In this document: positions 8,290-17,624 of the stretch, piece after piece
Layout of the letters: each line of letters starts with the position of its first letter
Position numbering within the stretch: position 1 is the first letter of the stretch
Assembly (NCBI GenBank): GCA_023404495.1
Contig: JAEYBE010000045.1
Span: 6,970 to 70,969 of the forward strand
Origin: Actinomycetes bacterium
Lineage (GTDB): Bacteria; Actinomycetota; Thermoleophilia; Solirubrobacterales; JACPNS01
Direction: 5' to 3'
DNA: 64,000 bases
Position numbers and translations under genes: made by a program
Notes under the pieces: generated by a model
What the model was told of the DNA's origin: nothing
Databases searched by the model: none
What the model saw: only the letters and a program-made list of their open reading frames with translations

Positions 8290-8916
8290 TCACTCTGGCA
8301 GCGAAGTTGCAGGTGTCAGCACACGCCACATGATCTCGGTGAGGCCCTGCGCCACGCGCGCGGCCTGCTCGTCTGTCGCATCGCGCCCGACCATCTGGTG
8401 CAGCGCACGTTCACCGGTCCAGGCCATAACTTCGGCGATCGTCGCCACCTCCCGATCCGAGAGCCGCGGGTCGCGCTCGCGAATCGCCGGTGCGATTGCG
8501 TCGCCGACGGCCTTGATCACGGACTGCCAGTCCTCGCGCGTCTCGGCGTCGTACTCGGCGAGTTCGATCAGGCTCGAGAGCACACCGGCATGCGCTCGCC
8601 AGAGGCTGACAATCTCCTCGGCAGAAGCCGCGAGCTTCTCGCGTCCGGCGGCTGGCTCGGAAATGAATGTCGCCGTGACCCGCTGGAATTCCCGCAGTTC
8701 TGTGGCGGCAAGTCGCGAGACCAGTGCGCGCTTGTCGCCGAAGTGCAGATAGAACGTCGCGCGAGAAACGCCTGCGGCCTCAACGATCCGATTGACCGAC
8801 AGTCCCGCCAGCGAAGCGCCGGAATCGAGCAGTGTGATCGTCGCGTCGAGGATCCGTTGCTCGGTCTCGCCGCTGGTCATGCGGCGGTCGATCCGTTGTT
8901 GATCGTTGGCGCTCAA
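8290..8916 (-). CDS. TetR/AcrR family transcriptional regulator
   Basis: SVNRIVEAAGVSRATFYLHFGDKRALV is a TetR HTH. The TTG at 8916 lies 2 nt after the P450 stop; an alternative ATG is at 8880. Confidence 0.85.
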   Translation of the reverse strand: MSANDQQRIDRRMTSGETEQRILDATITLLDSGASLAGLSVNRIVEAAGVSRATFYLHFGDKRALVSRLAATELREFQRVTATFISEPAAGREKLAASAEEIVSLWRAHAGVLSSLIELAEYDAETREDWQSVIKAVGDAIAPAIRERDPRLSDREVATIAEVMAWTGERALHQMVGRDATDEQAARVAQGLTEIMWRVLTPATSLPE

Positions 8917-8918
8917 TT

Positions 8919-10169
8919 TCAGGCGGGAGTAAAGCGCACCGGAATCGTCTTGTGCTGGTTCAGAAAAAGCGACTCTGCGCGGACGGGATCGCCGGCGAGC
9001 TCCATGTCGGGCAGCCTGCGCAGCGTCTCCTCGATCATCGTCTTGAGTTCAAGACGCGCAAGTGCCGCGCCGAGGCAGAAGTGACGTCCGCCGGCCCCGA
9101 ACGCCTGATGCTGCACACGCGGCCGCGTCACATCAAACTCCTCCGGGCGATCGAACACCGTCTCGTCGCGATTGCCCGAGACGTACCAAAGGGCGAGCTT
9201 GTCGCCCTCTTTGATCATCTGGCCGTGCATCTCCACGTCGCGGGTGGCGGTCCGGCGCATGTACGCGAACGCCGGGAAGCAGCGCAGGCACTCCTCGACC
9301 GCGTCCTCGATCTTCTCCGGATTGTCGATCAGATACTGCCGCTGGTCGGGGTGCTCGATGAGTGCAAGCATGCTCTGCCCGTAGACCGCACGTGTGCTGT
9401 CGTTGCCCGCGGCCATCAACAGGCCGAAGGTCGCAACCAGCTCCTCGTCGGTCAGCTTTTCGCCGTCGACCTCGGCCTCGGCCAGCGCGGTCGTGAGATC
9501 GTCAGTCGGGTTCTCGCGCCGTTCGGCGATCATCGGAAGCACGTACTCGAAGGCTTCGCCGATGATCTTGATGATGTCGTCAAAGTCAGGGCGATAGTCG
9601 GGATCCTCGTATCCGATAACGCCGTTCGACCAGGCGACCAGCCGCGGGTCATCCTCGATCGGCGTGCCGAGCAGAGAGCCGATCACGCGCGCGGTCACGC
9701 TCGCGCCGATGTCGTGGACGATGTCGCACTCGCCGCGCTCTGCGACTCCGTCGATCGCGTGAGAGACGATCGCGCGGATCGCCTCGGCGTGCGCCGCGAT
9801 CCGGCGCGGGGTGAAGGCTTGCTGGAAGAGTGCCTTCATCCGGTCGTGCCTTGGCGGATCCTGAGCGATCGGCTGCATCCGCATCAGGTCGAGCGGCACC
9901 CCCATGTCGTCGTTGAGCATGATCCCGCCGCGCTCAGACGAGAAGGTCTCCCAGTCGAGGCTGATCGTGCGCAGGTCCTCGTGCCGCACAACGGACCAGA
10001 AGCCGGCCTCCTCGGGGAACTGCGAGATCGGCGAAAAGTGCATCGGGCGCTCGGCGCGCAACCTGGCGAAGATCTCGTACGGAGGCGACTCGCGCCAGAG
10101 CGCGTGGTCGGAGAGGTCGATGTTTTCGAGGTCTGTTGTGATGGTGGCGGGCGTCATACCCGCCACCAT
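8919..10169 (-). CDS. cytochrome P450
   Basis: Heme-binding loop FGAGGRHFCLGAALARLE. Start set at ATG 10169 (or 10157), downstream of the MMPL stop. Confidence 0.9.
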   Translation of the reverse strand: MVAGMTPATITTDLENIDLSDHALWRESPPYEIFARLRAERPMHFSPISQFPEEAGFWSVVRHEDLRTISLDWETFSSERGGIMLNDDMGVPLDLMRMQPIAQDPPRHDRMKALFQQAFTPRRIAAHAEAIRAIVSHAIDGVAERGECDIVHDIGASVTARVIGSLLGTPIEDDPRLVAWSNGVIGYEDPDYRPDFDDIIKIIGEAFEYVLPMIAERRENPTDDLTTALAEAEVDGEKLTDEELVATFGLLMAAGNDSTRAVYGQSMLALIEHPDQRQYLIDNPEKIEDAVEECLRCFPAFAYMRRTATRDVEMHGQMIKEGDKLALWYVSGNRDETVFDRPEEFDVTRPRVQHQAFGAGGRHFCLGAALARLELKTMIEETLRRLPDMELAGDPVRAESLFLNQHKTIPVRFTPA

Positions 10170-10195
10170 AACAGATAGATGGACAGTATGTCTAT

Positions 10196-12481
10196 CTAAA
10201 TTGCGACCCGCGCGGGTTCGGCGCGTGGCGGCGCCACCGGCGCAGATGCTTCGCCGCGAACCTTCGGCAGCCATTCGAGCCAGCGCGGGAGGTACCAATT
10301 GGCTTCGCCGAGCAGCTTCATCGTCGCCGGGAGCATGACCGCGCGGATGATCGTCGCGTCGAGCAGAATCGCCGCGGCCAGGCCCACGCCCATCTGCTTC
10401 ATCGGGAGGAAGCCGAGCGAGGCGAAGATTCCGAACACAGCGACCATCACGATCGCGGCGCTGGTGACAACACCGGCGGTCGAACGGATGCCGAACCTGA
10501 CCGCCTGGTCGCTGGGCATGCCCGATTCACGAGCTTCGCGCATCCTCGAGAGGATGAACACGTGGTAGTCCATCGAGAGACCGAAGAGGACGACGAACAA
10601 AAACAGCGGCAGGAACGGCCAAACCGCGCCGTTGGGCGTGAAGCCGAGCAGTTCGTGCCCCCAACCGTGCTGGAACACGAGTACGAGCACGCCGTAGGCC
10701 GCCGCAACCGAGAGCAGATTGAGCACGATCGCTGTCAACGGAATGACGATCGATCGGAAGGTGATCAGCAGCAGGATGAACGCCAGACTGAGCACGAACG
10801 CGAACACGTAGGGCGCGCGCTGCTTGAGGTTGTCGCTGAAATCAAGCGACGCGGCCGCGTCGCCGGTCACGTTGGCCTGCGATCCAGCAACCGTTCCGAG
10901 CGTCTCCGGAATGATCGTCTCCCGGAGCTCCTTGAGCCGGGCGATGCCGACATCCTTGTCGTCACCGCCGAGCGTCGGGACCACGATCTGGACAACCTTG
11001 CCGTCTCGGCTGTAATTGTGCTCGACCGGAGCCAGGTACCCGTCTGTGTTTGCGACGCGTGTGTCGAACGCGTCGATCGCCGCGCGTGAGTCGGTAGCGC
11101 GGGTGTTCTCGGCCTCGTACACAACAGTCGCCGTCGTGCCCTGACTCGGGAATGCCTTCTCGAGCTTGTTGTAGGCAGAGAGCACGGCGAGGTCCTTCGG
11201 CATGTCGGCGATGCCGATGTCCTGGGTCTTCATCTGCAGGGCGGGATAGGCCATCGCGAGCAGGACAGCCGTGGCGAGCACCGCGGAGACCGCAGGCCGC
11301 TTGAGGACCAGATCGACGATCGTCGCCCACATGCCGCTGGTCTCGCCGGCTGCAGCACGCCGCTCGCGACGCTTGCCGATGAACGGAATCCGCGGCCGAT
11401 CGACCTTTGCGCCCCAGGCTGAAAGGAGCGCCGGAAGGACCGTCAGCGAGCCGATCATCGCGACCGCGACGACCATCATCGTGGCGATCCCGAATGAGAT
11501 GTAGACCTTGTCGCCGGCCATCAGCATCCCGCCCATCGCTGCGATCACGGTGATGCCGCTGATCAGCACTGCGCGACCCGATGTCGCGGCGGCCGCTTCG
11601 ATCGCGGCCAGATCGCTGCGCCCCGCCGCGCGCTCCTCGCGCTCGCGCTTGAGATAGAACAGCGAATAATCGACGCCGACCGCCATCCCGATCAGCACGA
11701 TCACCTCTCCGACCGACGGGTCCATCGGAGCGATCCTGCTGGGAATCGCGATCAAGCCGATTGTCGCGACAACCGCAGTCAGCGCGAGCAACACCGGAAT
11801 GCCCGCCGCGATCAGAGCCCCGAAGGCGAACGCCAGGATCAGCAGCGTGATCGGAACCGAAAGGTTCCGCGCGCGCTCGAGGTCGTCGCTGAACATCTCC
11901 TCGAACTCGTGCTCAGCCGAGGCGTCGCCGAAATGGCTCGCGGTGACGGCGGACTGCTTGGCGCTCGACTGGACGACCTTCTCGATCGCGGCGATCTTGT
12001 CGATCGCCTGCTCCGGATCGCCGGCGACGGTGAAGGCGATGCGGACCGTCCGTCCGTCCTCGCTGACAAAGCCATCGGGGCCGGCACGGCTAAACGGCGA
12101 CTGAACGTTCTCAACGTTCTTCGCGGCGGCCAGATCTTCGGCGACTTGTCTTATCCCGGCGTCAAACCGCGGGTCGCCGAACTTCGCTCCCTCGGCCTCC
12201 AGAATGACGTTCTCGCCGGCAGGAGCTGCCTTGAAGTGATCGTGAACGGCAAGCTCTGCCTTGGCGCTTTCGCCGGAGTAGTTCTGGTAGTCGGGAATGT
12301 TGTGCGTGCCGACCTTGCCACCGATCACCAGCGCCAAAGCGACGAACACGAACCACCCGAGGATCGCAGTCTTGGGGTGAGTAGCGCTCCAACGCCCGGC
12401 GCGCGCCGCGATGTTGCGATCGTTGGCCGGGTTTGGAACGTAATTCCTTCGAACCTGCTTCTTCTTGCCGTGGAACAACAT
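10196..12481 (-). CDS. MMPL family RND-type transporter
   Basis: 761 aa in two 6-TM halves with large loops. DYSLFYLKREREERAAG and DYHVFILSRMREA are typical MMPL motifs. A GGGGGA RBS precedes the ATG at 12481. Confidence 0.9.
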   Translation of the reverse strand: MLFHGKKKQVRRNYVPNPANDRNIAARAGRWSATHPKTAILGWFVFVALALVIGGKVGTHNIPDYQNYSGESAKAELAVHDHFKAAPAGENVILEAEGAKFGDPRFDAGIRQVAEDLAAAKNVENVQSPFSRAGPDGFVSEDGRTVRIAFTVAGDPEQAIDKIAAIEKVVQSSAKQSAVTASHFGDASAEHEFEEMFSDDLERARNLSVPITLLILAFAFGALIAAGIPVLLALTAVVATIGLIAIPSRIAPMDPSVGEVIVLIGMAVGVDYSLFYLKREREERAAGRSDLAAIEAAAATSGRAVLISGITVIAAMGGMLMAGDKVYISFGIATMMVVAVAMIGSLTVLPALLSAWGAKVDRPRIPFIGKRRERRAAAGETSGMWATIVDLVLKRPAVSAVLATAVLLAMAYPALQMKTQDIGIADMPKDLAVLSAYNKLEKAFPSQGTTATVVYEAENTRATDSRAAIDAFDTRVANTDGYLAPVEHNYSRDGKVVQIVVPTLGGDDKDVGIARLKELRETIIPETLGTVAGSQANVTGDAAASLDFSDNLKQRAPYVFAFVLSLAFILLLITFRSIVIPLTAIVLNLLSVAAAYGVLVLVFQHGWGHELLGFTPNGAVWPFLPLFLFVVLFGLSMDYHVFILSRMREARESGMPSDQAVRFGIRSTAGVVTSAAIVMVAVFGIFASLGFLPMKQMGVGLAAAILLDATIIRAVMLPATMKLLGEANWYLPRWLEWLPKVRGEASAPVAPPRAEPARVAI

Positions 12482-12668
12482 GGTTTTCCCCCTTTTGGGA
12501 ACGAGAAATGACTGATGGGCGCAGTCTCACTCGGCGGGGATCGCATTCCAATGCGGCTTTCCGGCAAATCCACTCGCGGCTGTCAGCAGTCTTGCGCGCG
12601 GCCACTCCCACCCGGAAGGTGGGGTTATCCACACCCCGCGGCGCCGCCAGTTCGGCGAGAATCGGCAG

Positions 12669-13049
12669 ATGCTCGAACGTTCACAGAGCAGCTCGGAACA
12701 GCACTCGATACTCGTGGTCGACGACCACGCCGGTTTCCGGACGAGTGCGCGCCTACTGCTCGAATCGCAGGGGTTCACGGTCGTGGGCGAAGTCGGCGAT
12801 GGTGCTTCCGCGCTGGCTGCGGTCGCGCGGCTGCGTCCACATGCCGTCCTGCTCGACGTTCAACTCCCAGACATCGACGGCTTCGAAGTTGCGGAACGGC
12901 TCGCGGCCGGCGAGTACGCGCCGAAGGTCGTGCTCGTCTCCAGCCGTGACCGACACGACTTCGGACCGTTGATCGAGGCCGCGCCGGTTCGCGGCTTTTT
13001 GGACAAATCGGATCTGAGTGCAGAGGCGCTCGCGGAGCTGCTCGGATGA
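12669..13049 (+). CDS. stand-alone response-regulator receiver domain protein
   Basis: ILVVDDHAGFR...HAVLLDVQLPDIDGFEV is a CheY-like receiver with no output domain. Its stop overlaps the kinase start (ATGA). Confidence 0.8.
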   Translation: MLERSQSSSEQHSILVVDDHAGFRTSARLLLESQGFTVVGEVGDGASALAAVARLRPHAVLLDVQLPDIDGFEVAERLAAGEYAPKVVLVSSRDRHDFGPLIEAAPVRGFLDKSDLSAEALAELLG

Positions 13050-14806
13050 GGTCGCTTCGCTGGGCGCTCGCTTTCATCGGCGTTGCGGGACTGGTGTGCG
13101 CACTTCTGCTGGTGTCGGTGGTCGCCCACACCAAGCAGGACTACAGCCAGACCAACGCCGTCGTGTTGACGGTCCTTCCATCGCTCTCGTTCATCGCCAC
13201 CGGTCTGTTCGCCTGGTATCGCCGGCCGGAGAACCGCTGCGGACCGCTGATGACCGCGACCGGCTTCGCCTGGTTTCTGGTCCCGCTCGCTCTGGCCAAC
13301 TCGCCCTGGCTCTACGTGCTCGGTCTGAGCTTCTCGAACACCGTTTGGATTCTGCTCGCAGCGCTCCTGCTGGTCTTCCCGACTGGCCGCTTGGAGGCAC
13401 GCTGGCATCGCTGGGTCCTGGCGGTGCTGGTGCTCGATGCAGTCGTGCTCTCTGTCGCCCAAGTCCTGCTGGGAGGGCCCCAGATCAAGGCCGACAGTTG
13501 CCCCGAGTGCCCGCGCAACCCCCTAGCGATCGCCGACTATCCCGGGGTGTGCGATGTGCTCAGCCCAATCTCAGCATTTGGCGGTGTGCTGTTGATCGGA
13601 CTCGTGATCTTCATCGTCGCGCGCCGTTTTCGAGGCTTTGAGACAGCAAACCGCGTTGCGATTCGACCGCTTCTGGCTGCCGGCAGCGCGACGATCGCGC
13701 TGCTCGCGGTGACGCTGCTCTCCGACAACCTCGGCGCTCCGCAATCGGTCAGCCAGGCCTTCTTTCTCGCCACTGGACTGGCATTGGCGACGGTCCCGGT
13801 CGCTTTCCTGGTGGGCCTGTTGCGCAGCCGGATTACCGGTGCCGAGGCGGTCGGTCGGCTGGTCGAAACACTTGGCGAAGGCGGTGAGGCGGAGCTGGAT
13901 GTCGAGGCCGCGCTCGCCCAAGCGCTCGGCGATCCTGGCCTGCGCCTTCTCTACTGGTTGCCCGAACGGGCGATCTACGCCGATGCCGCGGGGTCGCCCG
14001 TCGAACTGCCAGCCAACGGCGGTCTTCGCGTGACGCCGATCGAACACAACGGCGAACTGATCGCAGCCGTGGTCTGCGACGAGGCGATCGTTGAGGATGA
14101 ACGCCTCGTGGGCGCCGCAGGTTCGGCGGCAGCGCTGGCGCTGCGCAACCGCCGGCTCGCGGTGGAGCTGCGCGCGAGCGTCGAGGAACTTCGCGCCTCG
14201 CGAGCGCGGATCGTACAGTCGTCGGACAGCGCGCGGCGCACACTTGAGCGCAATCTCCACGATGGCGCCCAGCAGCATCTCGTCTCGATGGCGGTCACGC
14301 TTCGCTTGGCACGCGAAAAGCTCGACGCCGACCCCGAGGCGGCGCGAGAATTGCTCGAGCGCGCATCGATCGACCTTGACTCTGCCACCCGCGAGCTGCG
14401 CGAGTTGGCGCGCGGTATTCATCCCGCGATTCTCACTGATCGCGGGCTTGGACCCGCGCTCGACGCGCTCGCGGGACGCGCTTCGGTGCCGGTCGCGCTC
14501 GACATCGACGACTCAGGCCGACTGCCGCAGGCCGTCGAGTCGGCGGCCTATTTCGTCGCAGCCGAGGCCTTGACCAATACAGCCCGCTACGCCGAGGCCG
14601 AGCGCGCGAGCGTGAGCGTCAGCCGCTCGGAGGAATCTGCGACGATCGAGATCGTGGACGACGGAATCGGCGGCGCAGACATTGGCAGCGGCAGCGGACT
14701 GAGCGGACTGCAAGATCGCGTCGCCGCGCTCGGAGGCGTGCTGACCGTTGTCAGCCCGCGTGGCGAAGGCACTCGCGTAAAGGCGGTGTTTCCGTGCGGG
14801 TCGTGA
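13046..14806 (+). CDS. sensor histidine kinase (HisKA_3 / NarX-type), polytopic N-terminus
   Basis: H-box LHDGAQQHLVSMAVTL, and ATPase region YFVAAEALTNTARYA...DDGIGGA...GLSGLQDRVAALGG. Confidence 0.85.
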   Translation: MRSLRWALAFIGVAGLVCALLLVSVVAHTKQDYSQTNAVVLTVLPSLSFIATGLFAWYRRPENRCGPLMTATGFAWFLVPLALANSPWLYVLGLSFSNTVWILLAALLLVFPTGRLEARWHRWVLAVLVLDAVVLSVAQVLLGGPQIKADSCPECPRNPLAIADYPGVCDVLSPISAFGGVLLIGLVIFIVARRFRGFETANRVAIRPLLAAGSATIALLAVTLLSDNLGAPQSVSQAFFLATGLALATVPVAFLVGLLRSRITGAEAVGRLVETLGEGGEAELDVEAALAQALGDPGLRLLYWLPERAIYADAAGSPVELPANGGLRVTPIEHNGELIAAVVCDEAIVEDERLVGAAGSAAALALRNRRLAVELRASVEELRASRARIVQSSDSARRTLERNLHDGAQQHLVSMAVTLRLAREKLDADPEAARELLERASIDLDSATRELRELARGIHPAILTDRGLGPALDALAGRASVPVALDIDDSGRLPQAVESAAYFVAAEALTNTARYAEAERASVSVSRSEESATIEIVDDGIGGADIGSGSGLSGLQDRVAALGGVLTVVSPRGEGTRVKAVFPCGS

Positions 14807-15438
14807 TCGCAGAGGACTCGGTGCTGCTGCGCGAAGGCATCGCGCGCATTCTCGATGACCGCGGGCACGAGGTGGTGGGCCAGGCCGGCGACGGTGAGGA
14901 GCTGCTGCGCAAGACGCGCGCGCACAAACCCGACGTTGCGATCGTCGACGTGCGCATGCCGCCGACCAACACGACCGAAGGACTCGTCGCCGCGCAGGCG
15001 ATCCGCCAGGAACTGCCCGAGACGGCGGTACTCGTGCTTTCGCAGTACGTCGAGCGTGAGTACGCGGTCGAGCTGCTCGCGGACGACAGCGGCGGCGTGG
15101 GCTATTTGCTCAAAGACCGCGTAGCTGACGTTGACGTCTTCATCGACGCAATCGACCGCGTGGCGGGCGGCGGTACCGCGCTCGATCCCCTTGTCGTATC
15201 TGAGTTGCTCGGCCGCAAGCAGACAGACTCTCCGGTGGAACTGCTGACCGACCGCGAACGCGAGGTACTCGAACTGATGGCCCAAGGACGCTCAAACGCC
15301 GCGATTGCCGACGAGCTTTACGTCACCTCGAGCACGGTGGAAAAGCATGTGACGGCAATCTTCGACAAGTTCGATCTCGACTCGCCGACCGAGGGCCACC
15401 GCCGCGTACTAGCGGTACTCAAGTACCTCGGCCAGTGA
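14794..15438 (+). CDS. NarL/LuxR family response regulator
   Basis: Receiver domain (VAIVDVRMPP) plus a LuxR HTH (LTDREREVLELMAQGRSNAAIADELYVTSSTVEKHV). Confidence 0.9.
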   Translation: MRVVIAEDSVLLREGIARILDDRGHEVVGQAGDGEELLRKTRAHKPDVAIVDVRMPPTNTTEGLVAAQAIRQELPETAVLVLSQYVEREYAVELLADDSGGVGYLLKDRVADVDVFIDAIDRVAGGGTALDPLVVSELLGRKQTDSPVELLTDREREVLELMAQGRSNAAIADELYVTSSTVEKHVTAIFDKFDLDSPTEGHRRVLAVLKYLGQ

Positions 15439-15444
15439 ACGTCG

Positions 15445-15480
15445 AAGATGCAGCTTTGTCGTACGACAAAGCTGCATCTT
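15445..15480. terminator. 36-bp perfect palindrome between convergent genes (bidirectional terminator candidate)
   Basis: AAGATGCAGCTTTGTCGTACGACAAAGCTGCATCTT lies between the stops of the two convergent response-regulator genes. Confidence 0.5.
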
Positions 15481-15491
15481 TGTAGGACTCT

Positions 15492-16169
15492 TCAGCGCTG
15501 TTGGAGGTAGTCGACTACTGCCAGGACGCGGCGGTGGTCTTCGCCCGACGGGGCTAGATCCAGCTTGTCGAAGATCTTGCTGATGTGCTTCTCGACTGCG
15601 CCTTCGGTGACGAACAGTTCGCCGGCGATCGCCTTGTTGCTGCGTCCCTGAGCCATCAGGTCGAGAACCTCGCGCTCGCGAACCGTCAGCTCGGCGAATG
15701 GTCCGTCGACTCCGCGCGCGGGACTCATCAACTGGCTGACGGCCTCCGGGTCGAGCGCCATGCCTCCCGCTGCAACGCGACGCACCGCGTCGATGAAGTC
15801 CGAGACGTTTGCCACTCGATCCTTCAGCAGATAGCCAACCCCGCCCTCGCCGTCGGCGAGCAGCTCCGCTGCGTAGGTCTGCTCGACGTACTGCGAGAGG
15901 ATCAGCACCGGTAGCCCGTCGAATCGCTCGCGCGCCTCGATCGCGGCCCGCACGCCCTCGTCGGTGAAGCTCGGCGGCAGCCGCACATCGACGATCGCAA
16001 CGTCAGGTCGCGCGCGCTCAATCGCTGCGAGGAAATCCTCTGGGTTGTCGACCGCGGCCGCAACCTCAACGCCATTGTCCTCGAGCATTCGCGTCAGACC
16101 ATCGCGCAGCAGGGCGAGGTCCTCGACGATGATCGCCGTGAGCTTCGCGTCTACTGGAACGGCAGCCAT
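15492..16169 (-). CDS. NarL/LuxR family response regulator (paralog of 14794..15438)
   Basis: Receiver domain (VAIVDVRLPP) plus a LuxR HTH (LTVREREVLDLMAQGRSNKAIAGELFVTEGAVEKHI). It aligns with the neighbouring regulator along its whole length. Confidence 0.9.
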   Translation of the reverse strand: MAAVPVDAKLTAIIVEDLALLRDGLTRMLEDNGVEVAAAVDNPEDFLAAIERARPDVAIVDVRLPPSFTDEGVRAAIEARERFDGLPVLILSQYVEQTYAAELLADGEGGVGYLLKDRVANVSDFIDAVRRVAAGGMALDPEAVSQLMSPARGVDGPFAELTVREREVLDLMAQGRSNKAIAGELFVTEGAVEKHISKIFDKLDLAPSGEDHRRVLAVVDYLQQR

Positions 16170-17455
16170 GCGTCGATGATCGTCGGCCCACCGGCGGGGC
16201 TGTCCACAAGCAGTCGGCCGTCGACCGACTCAACCCGGGCGCGCAGTCCGCGCAGGCCGGCGCCCTCCGGATCCGCCCGTCCGCTGCCGTTGTCTGAAAC
16301 GCGCAGGTAGAACCACTCGCCGTTGCGCCAGGCATTGATGTTGATCTTTTCGGCGCCGCTGTGTTTGATCGCGTTGGCCAACGCTTCGCTGATCACGAAG
16401 TAGGCGACCTGTTCGACGCGCTCGCCCGGGCGCTCGCCGAGATCGATCTTGATCTCTACCGGGATCGGGCTGCGTGCGGCCAGCGGCACGAGTGCCGCCT
16501 CAAGGCCGCGGTCACGCAGGATCTGGGGACCGATCCCGCGCACCAGATCGCGCAGTTCGGCGAGCGTGCGCTGCGCTTCGTCGCGTGCTTGGGCGACCAG
16601 CTCGCGCGCGGCGACCGGGTCGTCATCGATCTTCTGCTCGGCCATCCCGAGATCCATTGCCAGCGCCACCAGGCGAGCCTGCGCGCCATCGTGCAAGTCG
16701 CGCTCGATCCGCGACATCTCCGTCGACTGCTGCACGATCGTCTCTTCGCGCGTGCGCTCGAGCTCGGTGACGCGACCGCGCAGGAGATCTTCTTCGCTGC
16801 TGGTCAGGCAAACGCGCGCAACTTGCGTCAGCGCGTAGCTCGCCCCGGCGGTCACCCACGTTGCGACGACGATCATCGCGATCCCGACCGGGATCATGAA
16901 GAACGACTCGGCGAAGCTGACATCCGAGCCGAAGACGACGCCCAGCGGCGTGAAATCACCGGGGAGCGACCAGCCGAAGAGCGGATAGAGAATCCAGGAG
17001 AGCGCGATCAACCACGGGCAGATCGCAAGTACGGCGCCCGCAAGTCCGAGCGTCGAGACGAAAACGAACCAGCCGACGTCCTTCCAGCTCTGCTTGTCGA
17101 CAAGCATCGCGGCGGCGCGCTTGAGCGCGTTGCCGCTCACGGCCGGGGCGTACTCAACCAGGGCCGGCCGGTCATCGACGATCGCGATCCGCCGACGCTC
17201 GAGATCGGCGCAGCGGCGAAAGCCCCAGAAGATCAAGAGCGCCACCGGCAGCCCGACGATGATCAACGAGAAGCTCAGCGCGAGCGAGAGTCCGACGCTC
17301 CAGACAATCGACGCGGCGATTCCCGCCGGAATCGTCGAGAGCACGTAGAGCAGCTCACGCCGCGTCTGCCGCTCGAATGGCCGCGCGGCGATCTGCTCCA
17401 TCAACTCGTTGTCGAACTCGAGCGCTGCGAGCCGGCTCTTGATGTCATCAGCCAT
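16151..17455 (-). CDS. sensor histidine kinase (HisKA_3 type)
   Basis: H-box LHDGAQARLVALAMDL, and ATPase region YFVISEALANAIKHS...DNGSGRA...GLRGLRARV. Start set at ATG 17455 (MADDIKSRL). Confidence 0.85.
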   Translation of the reverse strand: MADDIKSRLAALEFDNELMEQIAARPFERQTRRELLYVLSTIPAGIAASIVWSVGLSLALSFSLIIVGLPVALLIFWGFRRCADLERRRIAIVDDRPALVEYAPAVSGNALKRAAAMLVDKQSWKDVGWFVFVSTLGLAGAVLAICPWLIALSWILYPLFGWSLPGDFTPLGVVFGSDVSFAESFFMIPVGIAMIVVATWVTAGASYALTQVARVCLTSSEEDLLRGRVTELERTREETIVQQSTEMSRIERDLHDGAQARLVALAMDLGMAEQKIDDDPVAARELVAQARDEAQRTLAELRDLVRGIGPQILRDRGLEAALVPLAARSPIPVEIKIDLGERPGERVEQVAYFVISEALANAIKHSGAEKININAWRNGEWFYLRVSDNGSGRADPEGAGLRGLRARVESVDGRLLVDSPAGGPTIIDAWLPFQ

Positions 17456-17550
17456 GCGTGCATAATCGCCGATTCGCCCCGGCAAGCCAATACCGCGGGC
17501 TGGCGAACGGCCGGGGGATAACCCGACAACGCAAGCTCGCGATAGTTGGC

Positions 17551-17592
17551 AACCACATACGTCTTATGGCGCTCCATAGGACGTATGTGGTT
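17551..17592. repeat. REP-like palindromic element, copy 1
   Basis: AACCACATACGTCTTATGGCGCTCCATAGGACGTATGTGGTT is near-identical to the copies at 29160..29208 and 30011..30054. Confidence 0.75.
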
Positions 17593-17624
17593 GGTGAAAA
17601 CGGCATTGGCCCTGGTGTTGGGAA

